Below, in pieces: positions 27,100 to 34,849 of a stretch of DNA of 64,000 bases (its first letter is position 1; each line of letters begins with the position of its first letter). Source of the DNA: Candidatus Nanopelagicales bacterium (GTDB lineage Bacteria > Actinomycetota > Actinomycetes > S36-B12). The stretch covers positions 11,907 through 75,906 of the forward strand of contig JBBARV010000003.1 of assembly GCA_040399625.1 (NCBI GenBank), in the 5' to 3' direction. The notes below the pieces were generated by a model. That model was not told the DNA's origin, did not search any database, and saw only the letters and a list, made by a program, of their open reading frames with translations. The translations under genes and the position numbers were made by a program.

Positions 27100-27558
27100 A
27101 TGTTGAATAAACTGGAATTGGTTCAGTCACATGAGAAGCTTGTAGTTTCTGACACCTGGAACCTTTCATCAGCAGTGGCACTGGGGGAATTTTGTCTGGA
27201 TCGGGCTAGAGCTGCCCAACTCCCCATTTTGATCATGGTTCGGCACCTGGGACAGAGCGTGTTCGTAGCCGCGCTCCCCGGGTCATCGATGTTGAATGAA
27301 AACTGGGCCATGCGAAAAATACGGATGGTCGAGCTTTTCGGGAAGGGCTCAATGCTCATTCGGCTTGAGCACGAAGCAGATGACTCTAGTGTTTACGCCA
27401 AGCATGCTATTTCCGAAGAAAAGTACGCGGCTGTCGGTGGCGCAATCGCTTTACGGAATACCACCGGAGTCGTTGGTGTCTTGGTGGTCTCCGGCTTGGA
27501 TCAATTCTCTGATCATATGTTTTGCGTTGACGCGCTCACCGAATTCACCGCCGAATAA
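27100..27558 (+). CDS. UPF0303 / heme-degrading-domain (GlcG-like) family protein
   Basis: The ORF opens at TTG 27064. ATG 27100 is preceded by GGGAG. GGAIALRNTTGVVGVLVVSGLDQFSDH resembles the UPF0303 signature (G-G-x-P-I...VSGL.Q..DH). Confidence 0.65.
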   Translation: MLNKLELVQSHEKLVVSDTWNLSSAVALGEFCLDRARAAQLPILIMVRHLGQSVFVAALPGSSMLNENWAMRKIRMVELFGKGSMLIRLEHEADDSSVYAKHAISEEKYAAVGGAIALRNTTGVVGVLVVSGLDQFSDHMFCVDALTEFTAE

Positions 27559-27566
27559 TCTCGTAA

Positions 27567-27582
27567 TAGATCAGCCGATCTA
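27567..27582. terminator. weak bidirectional hairpin TAGATC-agcc-GATCTA between convergent UPF0303 and gcvP
   Basis: 6-bp stem with a 4-nt loop in a 25-bp convergent spacer. AT-rich stem with no clear U-tract. Confidence 0.25.
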
Positions 27583-27583
27583 C

Positions 27584-30439
27584 CTAATTAAGGGCAAGTT
27601 CTTCAATACTTGGACAACTACACACCAAGTTTCGGTCCCCGAATGCACCATCGATTCGGCGCACCGGCGGCCAATATTTATTTGCTCTCACACCCGGAAC
27701 GGGATAAGCGGCAACGGCCCCGGAGTAAGGCAACGGCTTCCCGTCAATAAGGCATGCGGCAGTGTGTGGGGCGTTGACCAGGGGATTTGAATCAGCCGGC
27801 CACTCCCCTGTTGCCACCATGTTGATTTCCCCCGAAATACTGACCATTGCGTTAATAAACCGATCCAATTCAGCAAGATTTTCACTCTCGGTCGGTTCGA
27901 TCATCAGTGTGCCGGCGACAGGGAAACTCATGGTTGGTGCGTGGAAACCGTAATCGATGAGACGCTTGGCAATATCATCGACGCTGACTCCAGTGACGGC
28001 GGTTATCGGCCGAATATCGATAATGCACTCGTGGGCAACCAGACCATTGGCACCGCTATAGAGCACCGGAAAGTGATCCTTGAGCCGATGAGCGATGTAG
28101 TTCGCGCTCAAAATGGCGACTTGAGTTGCTTTGAGAAGACCCTCGGCGCCCATAAGCCTGATGTAAGCCCACGGAATAGGCAGGATCCCTGCACTCCCCC
28201 ATGGCGCACCACTCACCGGTCCTACGCCACCGTCAACGAAGCCCATTCCGCTTGGACCGCACTCAGAACGAAGTGGGTGCGAGGGTAGGAAAGGCGCGAG
28301 GTGGGCTCGAACACCTACCGGACCAACACCTGGACCGCCACCACCGTGCGGGATGCAGAAAGTCTTATGGAGGTTTAAGTGCGAGACATCGGCACCGAAT
28401 TTCCCTGGCTTTGCCACTCCAACGAGCGCGTTCAGGTTTGCCCCATCAACGTACACCTGTCCACCGGCCTCGTGCACCAGCGCGCAAATGTCAGCCACAG
28501 CCGTTTCAAATACACCGTGAGTAGACGGATAGGTAATCATTAAGGCCGCGATTTCGCCCGCATGTTCCGCGAGTTTTGCTTTGAGATCACCCATGTCCAC
28601 ATTGCCCATGTCGTCACATGCAATAACGACTACACGCATCCCGGCCATAACGGCACTCGCCGCATTAGTGCCATGGGCGCTACTGGGAATCAGGCAGATA
28701 TCCCTGTTGTGCTCCCCCAGGTTCTCCAGATAGGCCTTGATGGCAAGCAACCCCGCGAACTCGCCTTGACTGCCCGCATTGGGTTGCAGTGAAACAGCAT
28801 CGTATCCAGTGATTTCAACGAGGTAACTCTCTAGCGCGCGGATCATTTCGACGTAGCCCTGGGCTTGATCAAGGGGCGCGAAGGGGTGGATATTGGCAAA
28901 TTCGGTCCACGTAATGGGTTCCATTTCCACGGTTGCATTGAGTTTCATTGTGCAACTACCCAGTGGAATCATCGAACGATCAAGTGCGATGTCTTTGTCG
29001 GAGAGCTTTCGCAGGTACCGCAACATGGCTGTTTCTGACCGGTAGGTGTTAAAAACTGGGTGTTCGAGAAAACTCGTGGTGCGGGCGCAAGTCTCCGGAA
29101 TTGATTGGTTCTGCGCCTGGTCGTGGCCTATCACTTTCCCGGGCGTAAGCACCTGTGCAATCAACTGGATTGTCGTTAACGTTGATGTCTCATCAAGTGA
29201 GATCCCCAATGCAACTTCACTCGTACGTCGAACGTTGATGCCGATCGATTCGAGTTCGTCGGCCTGCGAAATAGCATCTGGTGCTGTGAGCGTGATTGTG
29301 TCAAAGAAATTATTGGAGCCGAGAAGATAACCGTGCAAGCTGAGGTGTTCTGCCAGAACTGTGGTGAGGCCATTGACCCTTCTGGCAATTTCCGTCAAGC
29401 CCTGCGGCCCGTGGTAGACGGCATACATCCCGGAAATTATGGCTAGTAAAACCTGAGCGGTACAGATATTGCTGGTGGCCTTCTCGCGTCGGATATGTTG
29501 CTCACGGGTTTGCAAGGCCAACCGGTAAGCGGGTGCACCGTCGGCGTCAACACTCACTCCCACCAGACGCCCCGGCAAGCTGCGCTCCAACCCGGAGCGA
29601 ACCGACATAAACCCAGCATGTGGACCACCAAAACCCATGGGGACGCCGAATCGTTGAGCTGATCCAACAACTATGTCAGCCCCCAGTGCTCCCGGTGACT
29701 CGATCAGGGTGAGTGAAAGCAAATCAGTTGTGACGATTGCCATCGCGCCGGTGGATTTGATTCCTTCAATGATTGGTCCGATGTCGCTGATATTGCCCGA
29801 TGAGCCCGGGTAGCTGATGACCACTCCGGCGAATTCACCATCGGGCAATGGTCTTTGTGTATTCCAAGTCGTTACGTCTACGCCCAGCGGCTTGGCTCGA
29901 GTCATCAGTACCGCCAAGGTTTGTGGGTGAATATCTTCGTCGACCAAGATTGCATTGGCGTTCTTCTTCCCCTGTCGCAACGAAAGGGTCATGGCTTCGG
30001 CGACCGCTGTTGGCTCGTCGAGGAGTGACGCTCCGGCTACCGGTAGCCCCGTTAAATCTTCAATCATGGTTTGAAAATTGATGAGCGCTTCGAGTCTCCC
30101 CTGTGAAATCTCAGGTTGGTACGGGGTATATGCGGTGTACCAGGCCGGGTTTTCCAAAATATTTCGCTTGATAACAGCCGGTGTGTATGTGTTGTAGTAA
30201 CCCATGCCGATCAGGCTGGTGTTCACTTTATTTTGGGCAGCCATAGATTTGGCCAATGCAGTCACATCTTCTTCAGAGAGGGCTGCCGGGAGATCTAGCG
30301 CTTCATTCCACCGAATAACTTCGGGAACCACGGCCCGGGTAAATGCTTCAATGCTCGGGAATCCCAAGACGGCAAGCATTTGCTCAACATCAGATGTCCG
30401 TGGTCCGATATGGCGATCGGCAAAGCGGACTTCGTTCAT
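27584..30439 (-). CDS. gcvP: glycine dehydrogenase (decarboxylating), glycine cleavage P protein
   Basis: About 950 aa with N-terminal FADRHIGP and the PLP region [21 protein letters not shown] 30439 has GGAGG 5 nt upstream; the ORF-track start 30463 is less likely. Confidence 0.95.
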   Translation of the reverse strand: MNEVRFADRHIGPRTSDVEQMLAVLGFPSIEAFTRAVVPEVIRWNEALDLPAALSEEDVTALAKSMAAQNKVNTSLIGMGYYNTYTPAVIKRNILENPAWYTAYTPYQPEISQGRLEALINFQTMIEDLTGLPVAGASLLDEPTAVAEAMTLSLRQGKKNANAILVDEDIHPQTLAVLMTRAKPLGVDVTTWNTQRPLPDGEFAGVVISYPGSSGNISDIGPIIEGIKSTGAMAIVTTDLLSLTLIESPGALGADIVVGSAQRFGVPMGFGGPHAGFMSVRSGLERSLPGRLVGVSVDADGAPAYRLALQTREQHIRREKATSNICTAQVLLAIISGMYAVYHGPQGLTEIARRVNGLTTVLAEHLSLHGYLLGSNNFFDTITLTAPDAISQADELESIGINVRRTSEVALGISLDETSTLTTIQLIAQVLTPGKVIGHDQAQNQSIPETCARTTSFLEHPVFNTYRSETAMLRYLRKLSDKDIALDRSMIPLGSCTMKLNATVEMEPITWTEFANIHPFAPLDQAQGYVEMIRALESYLVEITGYDAVSLQPNAGSQGEFAGLLAIKAYLENLGEHNRDICLIPSSAHGTNAASAVMAGMRVVVIACDDMGNVDMGDLKAKLAEHAGEIAALMITYPSTHGVFETAVADICALVHEAGGQVYVDGANLNALVGVAKPGKFGADVSHLNLHKTFCIPHGGGGPGVGPVGVRAHLAPFLPSHPLRSECGPSGMGFVDGGVGPVSGAPWGSAGILPIPWAYIRLMGAEGLLKATQVAILSANYIAHRLKDHFPVLYSGANGLVAHECIIDIRPITAVTGVSVDDIAKRLIDYGFHAPTMSFPVAGTLMIEPTESENLAELDRFINAMVSISGEINMVATGEWPADSNPLVNAPHTAACLIDGKPLPYSGAVAAYPVPGVRANKYWPPVRRIDGAFGDRNLVCSCPSIEELALN

Positions 30440-30477
30440 GAAAACCTCCAAGTCGATGGGCATACTTGTTAGTACCC

Positions 30478-30682
30478 CATCTGTTTCTAAGGTTTCCCCT
30501 ACCTGAGAGCTTCGCTACCAAACGGTAGCTTTCCCCTTCGGTGCAATTAGAAATTGCTTTCCAGATTAGCCTTTTTCTAGCGGTTCATGTGCCTGAGAGT
30601 TTGGTGGGGCCTTGCTCCTTCGGCGGTACGTGATACTGCCAAGCTTTCGCCTGACGTTCTCATGAACTCTCTCCCGCTAGAG
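30478..30682 (-). promoter_or_regulatory. tandem glycine riboswitch (two aptamers) in the gcvP leader
   Basis: Minus-strand reading. Aptamer 1: CGGGAGAGAG...CCGCCGAAGGAGCAAGG...CTCTCAGGCA. Aptamer 2: TCTGGAAAGC...GCACCGAAGGGGAAAGC...CTCTCAGGTA. These are the conserved cores of glycine aptamers, placed directly upstream of gcvP. Boundaries are approximate. Confidence 0.85.
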
Positions 30683-30709
30683 ATCGAGCAGCTGCTACAA
30701 ATGTTACAA

Positions 30710-31285
30710 CTAGCCGGCCACTCGCGCCGCGCGACGCTCCGAGAGCTCGTCGTGACCCTGCATAGCGATTAAACCCGTTTCTGGAGCCTCGCCGGGAAGG
30801 GAAGACAAATTCCCCTCGACCTCTTTCCATACGCTGCCAATCGCGATTCCGAAAACGCCTTGGCCACCACGAACCAGGTCCACAACTTCATCTGCACTGT
30901 TGCACTCGTAGATGCTGGCCCCGTCACTCATAATGGTCAAGCTGGAAAGCACGCTTGCATCCCGGGAACTCAAGTGCTCGACGGCAAGTCGAATGTTGTG
31001 CAGCGATACACCCGTGTCAATCAAGCGCTTAACGATCCGAAGGATCAAGATGTCGCGAAACCCATACAGACGATGGCTGCCAGACCCGTGGGCCCCTTTA
31101 ACGCTAGGGACAACCAAACCTGTCCGAGCCCAATAATCCAACTGACGGTACGTAATTCCGGCGGCCGCACATGCGGTAGGCCCTCGGTACCCCAACCCGG
31201 ACGGAACTACCGGGGCATCTAGCTCTTCGAACATAGATGGCTGAATCGGGTAGTTCTCAAAGGCACCAATAGTCTCGCCAGTCAC
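30710..31285 (-). CDS. MerR-family transcriptional regulator (Rv1830-like)
   Basis: 191 aa with the MerR HTH GITYRQLDYWARTGLV. AGGAGG SD upstream. Conserved position next to the DUF151 nuclease gene. Confidence 0.85.
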   Translation of the reverse strand: MTGETIGAFENYPIQPSMFEELDAPVVPSGLGYRGPTACAAAGITYRQLDYWARTGLVVPSVKGAHGSGSHRLYGFRDILILRIVKRLIDTGVSLHNIRLAVEHLSSRDASVLSSLTIMSDGASIYECNSADEVVDLVRGGQGVFGIAIGSVWKEVEGNLSSLPGEAPETGLIAMQGHDELSERRAARVAG

Positions 31286-31397
31286 AATTTCCTCCTACGA
31301 ATAGGACTCGAACTTACGCAAGCCCCGGAGACGATGCTATCCGACACGCCATGGAGTTTGCAGGGGAAGTCTCAACCTGAACGTCAAGTCGAGCCAC

Positions 31398-31892
31398 CTA
31401 CTCTGGAGCGTCGAAATCTTCGGGCGAAACACCCTCAAGGAACTCCCTGAACGCCTCCACTTGATCTTCGGGCTCCCCTTCGACGTCTTCGGGAATTTCA
31501 ACCCCCGCAACGTTTAGGACCTCGGGGGCCACCGTAATGGGAGCACCAACTCTTAAGGCAAGTGCAATTGCATCAGATGGCCGGGCACTTAGCTCATGGA
31601 CCTGTCCATCTGCTGTCGATAGGTCTAGAAGGGCGAAGAAAACACCATCGGTGAGTGAGGTGATCCGCACACCGGTCAAGCTGGCACCCAGTTCATCGAT
31701 GAGATCAATAATCAGGTCGTGGGTCATGGGACGAGGCGGCGTCACATTTTGTTGGGCATAAGCGATTGCGGTCGCCTCCACAGCGCCCACCCAAATCGGC
31801 AGATAGCGGGTTCCTTCGATTTCGTTGAGGAGCACGATTGGTGTATTCGAAGGCATTTCCATCCGGACGCCAGCAACAATTACAGGGATCAT
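31398..31892 (-). CDS. bifunctional nuclease family (DUF151) protein (Rv1829-like)
   Basis: 164 aa with VLLNEIEGTRYLPIWVGAVEATAIA...RPMTHDL, typical of the DUF151 family. Confidence 0.8.
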   Translation of the reverse strand: MIPVIVAGVRMEMPSNTPIVLLNEIEGTRYLPIWVGAVEATAIAYAQQNVTPPRPMTHDLIIDLIDELGASLTGVRITSLTDGVFFALLDLSTADGQVHELSARPSDAIALALRVGAPITVAPEVLNVAGVEIPEDVEGEPEDQVEAFREFLEGVSPEDFDAPE

Positions 31893-31899
31893 GAACCTA

Positions 31900-31905
31900 A
31901 GGCTA
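31900..31905 (-). promoter_or_regulatory. -10-like TAGCCT, 7 nt before ATG 31892 (DUF151 nuclease); leaderless-type layout
   Basis: Minus strand TAGCCT-taggttc-ATG in the 29-bp spacer after the FtsR-like gene. Confidence 0.4.
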
Positions 31906-31921
31906 GACCCTTGCCAAAAAA

Positions 31922-32620
31922 TTAGCCACTGCCCGACTTAATTAACTCAGCCCGCAGCAGCGCGGCGTGTAATTGCACGAAGAGCGAGGCCAATTCACGG
32001 ACCGTTTGCTGTTGCCGAGCCTTGGCATCGCGATCTCGTGGATGTGAGTAAGGGGTGGCAATCTGTTCCACCAGACCGGACTCACGATTAGCAACGACCC
32101 GGAATGAACGCAAGTGGCGCGCTTCCACCCCAAATTCAGATAGTTTGGCTGCGATCATGCAGATTTGAACAGCGTCCTCGTCGTAGTGGCCCGTTGCATT
32201 TGTCCATACAAGACCATCTTTTTCCAATGCGGCAATCAGGGATTCAGAGAGTGAAGTCTCTTCGGCAAGTTCCATTCGGGTAAGACGAATTTTACCGGCC
32301 CCAGGACGAAAATCATCGGGACGAACACCCAATCCTGATGACACAGGTGCTGCTAATCCTGCTTGTTCTAAATTTTCATCAAGTTGGTCTTTGATCACTT
32401 TCAACGGTAAGTACTGATCGCGTTGCAACTTCAAGATTGAACGGAGACGAGCAACGTCGTGGGTATCAAAACGTCGATATCCCGACGCGGTTCGGGAGGG
32501 AGTAATTAGTCCTTCGGTTTCCAGAAACCGAATTTTGCTAATGGAGACATCGGGAAACTCTTTTTTCAACATACTCAGGACTTCGCCGATACTCAGAGTA
32601 TTTTCTGACTGCGAAGTCAT
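31922..32620 (-). CDS. ftsR: MerR-family transcriptional regulator, FtsR-like (Rv1828-like)
   Basis: 232 aa with N-terminal MerR HTH LSIGEVLSMLKKEFPDVSISKIRFLETEGLI. It lies directly downstream of the GarA/OdhI-type gene, like C. glutamicum ftsR. The symbol is assigned by synteny only. Confidence 0.7.
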   Translation of the reverse strand: MTSQSENTLSIGEVLSMLKKEFPDVSISKIRFLETEGLITPSRTASGYRRFDTHDVARLRSILKLQRDQYLPLKVIKDQLDENLEQAGLAAPVSSGLGVRPDDFRPGAGKIRLTRMELAEETSLSESLIAALEKDGLVWTNATGHYDEDAVQICMIAAKLSEFGVEARHLRSFRVVANRESGLVEQIATPYSHPRDRDAKARQQQTVRELASLFVQLHAALLRAELIKSGSG

Positions 32621-33120
32621 TAGCCTTCCACGCCAACCAAAAAGATGAAACGAAACTTCCCGATCTGGACTTCATCTCCCCCGCGCAATTTTTGATCTTC
32701 AACTCTTACCCGGTTTACATAGGTGCCATTAAGGCTTCCTACATCTTGCAAATTCCAACCTTGGGCTCCATGTCGGAACTCGGCGTGGCGTCTACTTACG
32801 GTGACGTCATCGAGAAAAACGTCACATTCCTCAGCACGCCCAACAATTATTACCTCACTGCTGGGAGCGAGAGAATACTCCGTGCCTTCACCGGGTCCTC
32901 GGTGTACCACCAACATTGCCGCACCGCTGGGTAAATCTCGGTGAACGCCCGAGCCAACCGCTGCCGGACCAGTTCCTGTGTTAATTATTGAGGTGATCGC
33001 GCCAGTGAGTTCAATTCCCAACTCCCCCACAACCTGATCAACCGGGGCGCCACACGCAGAACAAAAATGGTCGGTGGGTGCGAGGCCCTGATCACAAACG
33101 GCACAGTTCATCGGTACCAC
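32620..33120 (-). CDS. garA: GarA/OdhI-type FHA-domain protein with N-terminal zinc-ribbon
   Basis: The FHA domain closely matches GarA/OdhI as I recall them (LVVHRGPGEG...DVFLDDVTVSRRHAEF...DVGSLNGTYVNR...GDEVQIGKFRFIFL). The N-terminus has CAVC-x12-CSAC. 1-nt overlaps (TAGTG / TAATG) with gcvH and the MerR gene. Confidence 0.8.
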   Translation of the reverse strand: MVPMNCAVCDQGLAPTDHFCSACGAPVDQVVGELGIELTGAITSIINTGTGPAAVGSGVHRDLPSGAAMLVVHRGPGEGTEYSLAPSSEVIIVGRAEECDVFLDDVTVSRRHAEFRHGAQGWNLQDVGSLNGTYVNRVRVEDQKLRGGDEVQIGKFRFIFLVGVEG

Positions 33121-33503
33121 TAAGCCTTTTCTATGAGCTCGTTGTAATCAGCCGAAGTCAGCAGTCCATCAATCTGCTGGGGGATGTCTGGTTCGATCTC
33201 AACGAGCCATCCGTGAAAGTAGGGTGATGAGTTAATAAGTTCGGGCGTGGCTTCGAGTTCCTGATTTATGGCAACCACGGTTCCATCGATGGGAGCAAAC
33301 AAATCGCTGACACTTTTGGTGGATTCGACTTCACCACAGGAAGTACCCGCCTTGAGTTCTTCACCCACTGCAGGCAATGAGACATAAACGATGTCGCCGA
33401 GTGCATCTTGGGCAAAGTGAGTGATACCAAAAACAGCGTTGCCGTCATCATTAAGGCGTACCCACTCATGATCCGGTGTGTACGACAATTCTTCTGGAGT
33501 CAT
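33120..33503 (-). CDS. gcvH: glycine cleavage system H protein
   Basis: 127 aa with YTPDHEWV and the lipoyl-lysine motif GEVESTKSVSDL. Confidence 0.93.
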   Translation of the reverse strand: MTPEELSYTPDHEWVRLNDDGNAVFGITHFAQDALGDIVYVSLPAVGEELKAGTSCGEVESTKSVSDLFAPIDGTVVAINQELEATPELINSSPYFHGWLVEIEPDIPQQIDGLLTSADYNELIEKA

Positions 33504-33512
33504 ATGAAAAGT

Positions 33513-34085
33513 CTATCCTTTATGGTTGAAAGCTTCTAACAACGTGCGGGTCTGAACAAAATACCTCACACCAGCCCACCAATACAGATATGTCCCCCAT
33601 AAAGCAAAGGCCCACCCGGTGGCAGCCATCACCGTTGCGATAGTGGAATCGAGTCCGCCCAAAAGAATCAACGGAAACCCCCACAGCAGTGCAAATGTTG
33701 CTGCCTTGCCTATGTAAGTGACGGTTAAGGCAGAAATCCCCATGCGGCGGAGTGAAGGAACCAAGGCGAGGAGAGCAATATCTCGGAAGGCGATGAGGAC
33801 CACGAGCCACCACGGGATCAAATCTGCCAGAGCTAATCCAACCAAGATTGCGGCAATGTACAGACGATCGACCATGGGATCTAATAAGACACCCAATCGA
33901 CTGACCTGATTGAGCTTGCGGGCCAAGAAGCCGTCCACCCAATCTGTCGCGCCAGCAATAATCAGAACACACAACGACCAGAAGTAGTTCTGCTGCGCCA
34001 GGAGTAGATAGAGGAACAAGGGAATGCCAAGTAGTCGGAGCAAGCTCACCGCATTCGGGAGCGTCCACGGTTGCCAAGGGTTCAT
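33513..34085 (-). CDS. pgsA: CDP-alcohol phosphatidyltransferase
   Basis: The ORF opens at 34184, but ATG 34085 (MNPWQPWTLPNAVSLLR) forms an ATGA overlap with the upstream gene. Family motif DWVDGFLARKLNQVSRLGVLLDPMVDR (D-x2-DG-x2-AR...G-x3-D-x3-D). Specific substrate unknown. Confidence 0.85.
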   Translation of the reverse strand: MNPWQPWTLPNAVSLLRLLGIPLFLYLLLAQQNYFWSLCVLIIAGATDWVDGFLARKLNQVSRLGVLLDPMVDRLYIAAILVGLALADLIPWWLVVLIAFRDIALLALVPSLRRMGISALTVTYIGKAATFALLWGFPLILLGGLDSTIATVMAATGWAFALWGTYLYWWAGVRYFVQTRTLLEAFNHKG

Positions 34086-34753
34086 GCTCGAGGCCTCCTT
34101 CTCGTGTGAACAATGTAGGCAACAGTAAGTGCAATAAACAGCACGACCAGAGCACCAGCTGCAATGGCCAATCCAACAGCCCACACATTGGCATTTGGAA
34201 AACTCAGTTCAGCATCTAGCCTGATTTGCTGAATCTGGATGTCTTGATTCGTATTAGCGATGATCAAGGTTGAGCTGGACACTTGCGCCACACCAAATGA
34301 AATGGATGTCCCAGTCCCGCTCGCAATGAGGGCGTTGTTGTCAGCCACTGGGAACCAAGGCTGCCCTAACGCGCTATGGGTCACGGTCCATGAATTTTCC
34401 TCAAGCGTTGCAATGCAGGTGTCGAATCCCAGTATCGCTGAATCAGTGTTTTCCCGAGGCAACAGTCCAGATGTGAATATGGTCTCCGGAAAAACGGTGA
34501 TTCTTATCTCCTCCAGCGGGTTGGGTAAAATCGAGAGCAGGCTCGGCCGGCTGACCACGAGGCGCTCGAAGTCAATTAGGACTACCGCACAGGCGTCCAA
34601 TTCCTTCGCATCGATCAACGGACCATTGGCCGTAATTGATTTATTAGAACCCAAGTTTGCATAGACCGAAACACCCAAGGCACCAGCCAGTAACCCCAAA
34701 ACGAGCAACAGAACGAGGGCAAATACCGTCATGATCTTGCGTAAGCGCCTCAC
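34082..34753 (-). CDS. conserved bitopic membrane protein of unknown function (Rv1825-position)
   Basis: 223 aa with N- and C-terminal TM helices flanking a roughly 170-aa extracytoplasmic region. GTG start with GGGAGGG upstream. The link to Rv1825 rests on position only. Confidence 0.6.
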   Translation of the reverse strand: MRRLRKIMTVFALVLLLVLGLLAGALGVSVYANLGSNKSITANGPLIDAKELDACAVVLIDFERLVVSRPSLLSILPNPLEEIRITVFPETIFTSGLLPRENTDSAILGFDTCIATLEENSWTVTHSALGQPWFPVADNNALIASGTGTSISFGVAQVSSSTLIIANTNQDIQIQQIRLDAELSFPNANVWAVGLAIAAGALVVLFIALTVAYIVHTRRRPRA

Positions 34754-34757
34754 CCGA

Positions 34758-34787
34758 TTACCCTCCCCACAAATTCCCAGTCTTCAT
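34758..34787 (-). other. candidate leaderless 9-codon upstream ORF (MKTGNLWGG-stop)
   Basis: ATG AAG ACT GGG AAT TTG TGG GGA GGG TAA. Its last codons are the GGGGAGGG SD of the downstream gene, and the stop lies 4 nt before GTG 34753. Confidence 0.2.
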
Positions 34788-34794
34788 GTAACCC

Positions 34795-34800
34795 AGCCTA
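34795..34800 (-). promoter_or_regulatory. -10-like TAGGCT, 7 nt before ATG 34787 (start of a 9-codon uORF upstream of the membrane-protein/pgsA/gcvH operon)
   Basis: Minus strand TAGGCT-gggttac-ATG. Confidence 0.35.
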
Positions 34801-34837
34801 TGTAGAGACCATAGCTTTGTTTCACGGGCGAGAGTCT

Positions 34838-34843
34838 TAGGCT
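34838..34843 (+). promoter_or_regulatory. -10-like TAGGCT, 6 nt before GTG 34850 (serB); leaderless-type layout
   Basis: TAGGCT-tgaccg-GTG. Confidence 0.45.
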
Positions 34844-34849
34844 TGACCG

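Noticed and set aside
31286-31397. 112-bp spacer upstream of the Rv1830-like MerR gene as a MerR-type long-spacer promoter (TTGACG...), plus a 12-codon ORF (MACRIASSPGLA)
   Set aside because: No convincing -10 lies at 19-20 bp, only a 4-bp dyad is present, and the mini-ORF has no SD. I could not support either from sequence alone.
33520-34194. 224-aa ORF in a second frame overlapping pgsA almost completely
   Set aside because: The frame starting at 34085 carries the full CDP-alcohol phosphatidyltransferase motif and TM helices. The other frame is Arg/Cys/Leu-rich with no features, and is a typical compositional artefact.
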